DNA from: Macrostomum lignano | Taxonomy: Eukaryota | Reading direction: 5' to 3' | DNA length: 64,000 nucleotides | Assembly: GCA_002269645.1 (NCBI GenBank) | Contig: NIVC01001884.1 | Span: 161,585-225,584, forward strand | Part shown: in pieces, positions 59,204 through 64,000 of the stretch | How the letters are laid out: each line of letters starts with the position of its first letter | Position numbering within the stretch: position 1 is the first letter of the stretch | Notes under the pieces: generated by a model | What the model was told of the DNA's origin: nothing | The model's database searches: none | Seen by the model: the letters and a program-made list of their open reading frames with translations, nothing else | Position numbers and translations under genes: made by a program

Positions 59204-62200
59204 TCACATGTCACTGCCAGGCGTACAGGTGATGATGCTGCGGCTGCGGCGGCACCTGATGATGCTGATAGTGCCCGGAAAATGCTGAGTAGGTGGCGGA
59301 GAAGTCATGCGGCATGGCGGCAGCGGAGACCGGGTACTGCAGGTGGGCGTGCCGGTGTTGTAGGGAAGGTGTTGCTGCTGCTGCAGCGGCGGCTGCTGGG
59401 GCTGGTGGTACAGCTGATGCGGCTGCGGCTGCTGCAGCTCGGGACTGGAGTACTCAGCTCCGCAGCCAGCGCTGCCTCCGTCCGCTGAGTCGCCACCCAT
59501 CAGACGGCACCTGCCGGCGTAGGCGGCTGCAGCGGCGGCTGCGGCGGCAGCTGCTGCCTGCAGTTCTACGGACTTGTCCGCCTGCTGGCGCTTGACCTTG
59601 TAGCGCCGGTTCTGGAACCAGATTTTCACCTGCGGGGGTGGCCGGACGGCATGATTGATTGATCGATAGATTAGTCCCAATCTTCGCAAACGGTTAAATC
59701 AAATATTAATAGAATATTTTTCAATCCTTCGCAGAGCCAGTTCTTGTCAAATATTTGCTCTTTTCTTGGCAAACGGCGACAAAAAGATAATGACTTCGAG
59801 AGGGCAGGCTTGAAACCTTAAACGGCACCGCCCACCCACCGAACCGGAGGGGATCGTATTAAACGATCTGGGAAGGGCGGTGAGCAAATAAAATCCTCAA
59901 GTGGCTCTCTCTATCGGCCTGGATAATTAAGAAGGAGGAGGAGGCGTAAGAGCGCCCCCGCCAAAGGTGGTGCCTGGGGCTGGGCAAGTCTGGGTGGGTG
60001 TTCCGGTGTGGAAGCTCGATTCTTCCCATGCAGACATCGATCCCGGATCGGCTTACGCAACCGGCTGCATTGGGCGGTAGCTGCTGATCTCTCTGGTTTC
60101 ACTCCCGCTGCGAGGGAGAAGCTGCGCACAGGCGCACAATGCTTGCGAAGAGGCGCAACACGAGGCTTCCGCGAAATGACGGAGGACGTTTCAAGACATA
60201 GTCTGGTCTGAGGGACCCACCACCTGACTTCCGGGTCACTGATGGCCTCAATGAAATCGGTTTTGTGCAAAATTATGATTGATTCATTAATAGTTTTGCA
60301 GCTGGTTGTAACTTTTCTTTAGCAGAAATACTCCGGTTTTGGGAAGCTTGCCTTTCAGATAAATAATTCTAATATATAGAGTCATAAATATTGATTTCCC
60401 AGGAAAGTTACACCCCATGGGAAGAGGCCAACCTTTTGACAAGCATTAAATATGATAAATATTTAGACAACCGCGGGGCTAAATAGCTACCCGAGACTGC
60501 CAGCCATGCGCTTTTGTGAATAAATGATTACAGGAAATATGCTGGGAGAGCCTCGCTTTGACTGCACACCTATCTGCCTGTGGCATCGCGGAACCACTGA
60601 GTCTCACTCAAGCAACAATAATAGCAGTGTAATGTAATAATAAAGAGTAGAGAGAGAGACCACAACAAAGACTATAGGAAGCCGAACTTTGCTGACCTTG
60701 TCAAGCAATTGTGTTATAAGTCTGGCCTGAGCCAACCAATTTATCAACAGGTCAAATCGTACTATAAATACAAGATCGCAAAAGATCCCGGGTGTGCGCC
60801 CTTATCAGCTCAGATCTGCATTTCATTGGATCCGTATGGGCGGTGGCAGTTGTTTTTTGTCCCGTTATAAGCGCATTGAACTGTGCAGACCTGTCAGAGT
60901 CAGAGAGGCGCGGTTTCACTGTTTGCCTCATTCATTCACGGTCCCCTGCTCCTCTCCTCAGCTCCTCGCATGCGCGACCGAATTCAATTGGAATACTAAA
61001 TGTAAAAGAGCTGTAGAGCCTGTTTGCCTTCTGTGCTTATCACTGCGGAGTCATCGATGGGGGGGGGGGCGTGCAAGAGACGAGAGTGGGAGGTTAGGAG
61101 ACTGAAGGAGCCTTCTCTCAACGGAATTTCTCCGCAAATTTCAAGGTTAGATATGTTCGTAAAATTAATTGTTCTTATTCTAATAGAGTTTGAGGTAAAT
61201 TGAGGAAAACAGACAGTTCAGAAACCGTTGGAAACTATTGGAAACTGTTGGAAACTGTTGGAAACTGTTGGAAACTGTTGGAAACTGTTGGAAACTGTTG
61301 GAAACTGTTGGAAACTGTTGGAAACTGTTGGAAACTGTTGGAAACTATTGGAAACTGTTGGAAACTGTTAAAAACTGTTGGAAACTGTTGGAAACTGTTG
61401 GAAACTGTTGGAAACTGTTGGAAACTGTTGGAAACTGTTGGAAACTGTTGGAAACTATTGGAAACTGTTGGAAACTGTTAAAAACTGTTGGAAACTGTTG
61501 GAAACTGCTGGAAACTGTTGGAAACTGTTGGAAACTGTTGGAAACTGTTGGAAACTGTTAAAAACTGCTGGAAACTGTTAGAAACTGTTGGAAACTATTG
61601 GAAACTGTTGGAAACTGTTAAAAACTGTTGGAAACTGTTGGAAACTGCTGGAAACTGTTGGAAACTGTTGGAAAATAGTATTGGAAACTGTTGGAAACTG
61701 TTGGAAACTGTTAAAAACTGTTGGAAACTGTTGGAAACTATTGGAAACTGTTGGAAACTGCTGGAAACTGTTGGAAACTGGTGGAAAATAGTATTGGAAA
61801 CTGTTGGAGACTGTTGGAAACTTTTGGAAACTGTTGGAAAATAGTATTGGAAACTGTTGGAACCCGTTGGAAACTGCTGCAAATCAATCCATAAAAACAT
61901 TTGCTCACCTGCTGCGGTGTCATTTTGAGCAGTCCAGCCAGCTGCTCCCGCTCCGGCGCGCTCAGGTAGCGCTGCTGCCGAAAGCGCCGCTCCAACTCGA
62001 ACACCTGAGCCTGCGAGAACAAAATTCTCGGCTTCCGTTTCGACCGCTGGCTGCGCAGGGCGCACGGCGGTGATGAGGAGGCCGTGCCAGACTCCCGGTC
62101 CGCCTCGTCTCCATCGGTTGCCTCAGCAACCGAAGTTGGATGGGGCTGCCCTGCTGGAGAGCGGTTTTAGGGAACTGGAGTCTTGGAGATCAGTCTCCTC

Positions 62201-63512
62201 TGCTGTCTCACACCTTGCCTCAGTCACTCTCTCTTTCTGTCTCACACCTTGCCTCAGTCACTCTCTCTTGCTGTCTCACACCTTGCCTCAGTCACTCTCT
62301 CTTTCTGTCTCACACCTTGCCTCAGTCACTCTCTCTTTCTGTCTCACACCTTGCCTCAGTCACTCTCTCTTTCTGTCTCACACCTTGCCTCAGTCACTCT
62401 CTCTTTCTGTCTCACACCTTGCCTCAGTCACTCTCTCTTGCTGTCTCACACCTTGCCTCAGTCACTCTCTCTTGCTGTCTCACACCTTGCCTCAGTCACT
62501 CTCTCTTGCTGTCTCACACCTTGCCTCAGTCACTCTCTCTTTCTGTCTCACACCTTGCCTCAGTCACTCTCTCTTTCTGTCTCACACCTTGCCTCAGTCA
62601 CTCTCTCTTTCTGTCTCACACCTTGCCTCAGTCACTCTCTCTTGCTGTCTCACACCTTGCCTCAGTCACTCTCTCTTGCTGTCTCACACCTTGCCTCAGT
62701 CACTCTCTCTTGCTGTCTCACACCTTGCCTCAGTCACTCTCTCTTTCTGTCTCACACCTTGCCTCAGTCACTCTCTCTTGCTGTCTCACACCTTGCCTCA
62801 GTCACTCTCTCTTGCTGTCTCACACCTCGCCTCAGTCACTCTTGCTGTCTCACACCTTGCCTCAGTCACTCTCTCTTGCTGTCTCACACCTTGCCTCAGT
62901 CACTCTCTCTTGCTGTCTCACACCTTGCCTCAGTCACTCTCTCTTGCTGTCTCACACCTTGCCTCAGTCACTCTCTCTTGCTGTCTCACACCTTGCCTCA
63001 GTCACTCTTGCTGTCTCACACCTTGCCTCAGTCACTCTTGCTGTCTCACACCTTGCCTCAGTCACTCTTGCTGTCTCACACCTTGCCTCAGTCACTCTCT
63101 CTTGCGGTTTTACAATCTCAAGAAACTGGAGTTGAGTCACAGGAGCAGTTGAATTCCCAGGTCGCCGCTCACCTCCGGCAAAATCCGGCAGCTCGCCTGG
63201 CTGCAGATGATCCGACGAGGCCGCCTGCTGCCTCCAGCAGTTCCACACCATGGCGCCATGCGGCGTCTGCGGCGGCGGCTGCTGATGCGGCTGATGCGGC
63301 AGCTGTGTCTGCGGTTCCACAGGCGGGTTCTGATGACCAGCAACCGCTGTGTAGAACCCTGCCTGCTGCTGCTGCTGCTGTTGTTGCTCCTGTTGCTGCT
63401 GCTGCTGCTGCTGCTGCAGATCTGCCGGCTCTGACTTGAAATAGTATGGCTGGCAGAAGGCGGCGGCGGCAGCAGCTGCGGCGGCGGCCCTATGGTAGTG
63501 CTCGGTCAGCAT
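59204..63512 (-). CDS. NK4: NK4/tinman (Nkx2-3/2-5/2-6 class) homeobox protein, 3 exons
   Basis: Exons are 63512-63173 (poly-A/poly-Q), 62153-61909 ([35 protein letters not shown]) and 59629-59204 ([23 protein letters not shown]). Y54 marks the NK2 class; RKPR, NRRYK and the QxDKSxEL extension favour NK4 over NK2.1/2.2. The C-terminal frame is uncertain (see findings). Confidence 0.88.
61220..61878. repeat. 10-bp repeat GGAAACTGTT in the NK4 homeobox intron
   Basis: About 65 units. Confidence 0.96.
62198..63105. repeat. 34-bp minisatellite CTGTCTCACACCTTGCCTCAGTCACTCTCTCTTG filling NK4 intron 1
   Basis: About 27 units. Confidence 0.96.
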
Positions 63513-63707
63513 CGCAGACACGGGCTTCGAGTGCGCCTATAAGCGGGATTTGCGCAGGGACGGCCGGAGGCACTTCACTTTCTCAAGAGGAAATCCTCCA
63601 GGAACTGACACAGCTGGTATAATCCGCTTGATTGACTTTTCAAAGGTCGCAAAGATTTGACAGGTTATCGAGTCGAGTGAGTGGATTGTATTCAATCGCT
63701 CTTAAGT

Positions 63708-63714
63708 CTTTATA
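63708..63714 (-). promoter_or_regulatory. Candidate TATA box of NK4
   Basis: TATAAAG on the minus strand about 200 nt upstream of the ATG, with GC boxes and a CCAAT further upstream. Confidence 0.4.
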
Positions 63715-64000
63715 AGCCTTGCACAGAGGCGGGCGGGCGAGCTCGGGAGTCTGTAGGATTTGTTTTAGAGGACTCGAATCCAACCAGTCAGGCCCAGCCG
63801 ATGGGTAACAATCGGGGATCTGGGACGGGGGCGGGCGGTTTCGAGGGAAAACTCCCGATGCTTCCACGGGCGGCGGGGAGGCCCGCCTGACTGGCCACGG
63901 CTCTCCCAGCCCCCATTGGCTCAGAGGGTGCAACCAACCCACCCTCCTCCCAGGCTTTTCCGGAATTCAATCAACCCGATTCCATTGATGAAAACTCGGT

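Overview
This is animal (metazoan) genomic DNA with GT-AG introns, GC3-rich exons and a very high density of minisatellites. The innexin style, GC-rich exons and repeat-filled introns resemble the flatworm Macrostomum, but that assignment is inference only. Splice models were built by hand and checked for phase. From left to right: two tandem minus-strand innexins sharing intron positions (the left one runs off the window); an intronless CHP1-like EF-hand gene (+); a frameshifted class-A GPCR-like gene (-); a 10-exon SH3-PX-BAR sorting nexin of the SNX9/18/33 family (-, about 609 aa); a divergent intronless alpha-tubulin (+); a 7-exon TYSND1-like peroxisomal protease ending in the PTS1 signal AKL (-, about 491 aa); and an NK4/tinman-class homeobox gene (-). 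Mobile elements are a tRNA-headed CORE-type SINE nested in a MITE-like inverted repeat, and a hAT/Charlie-like MITE with an 8-bp TSD. About 30 tandem arrays are present, nearly all with unrelated units, and most abut splice sites. The most notable unexplained structures are: a 24-nt perfect intron-intron complementarity joining a donor to a distal acceptor around the catalytic-Ser exon of TYSND1; a minisatellite that flips orientation into an ~83-bp hairpin upstream of CHP1; arrays made of NF-Y or CRE motifs; and a hidden alternative-frame C-terminus in NK4. Most long ORFs in the supplied track are artefacts of translated repeats.
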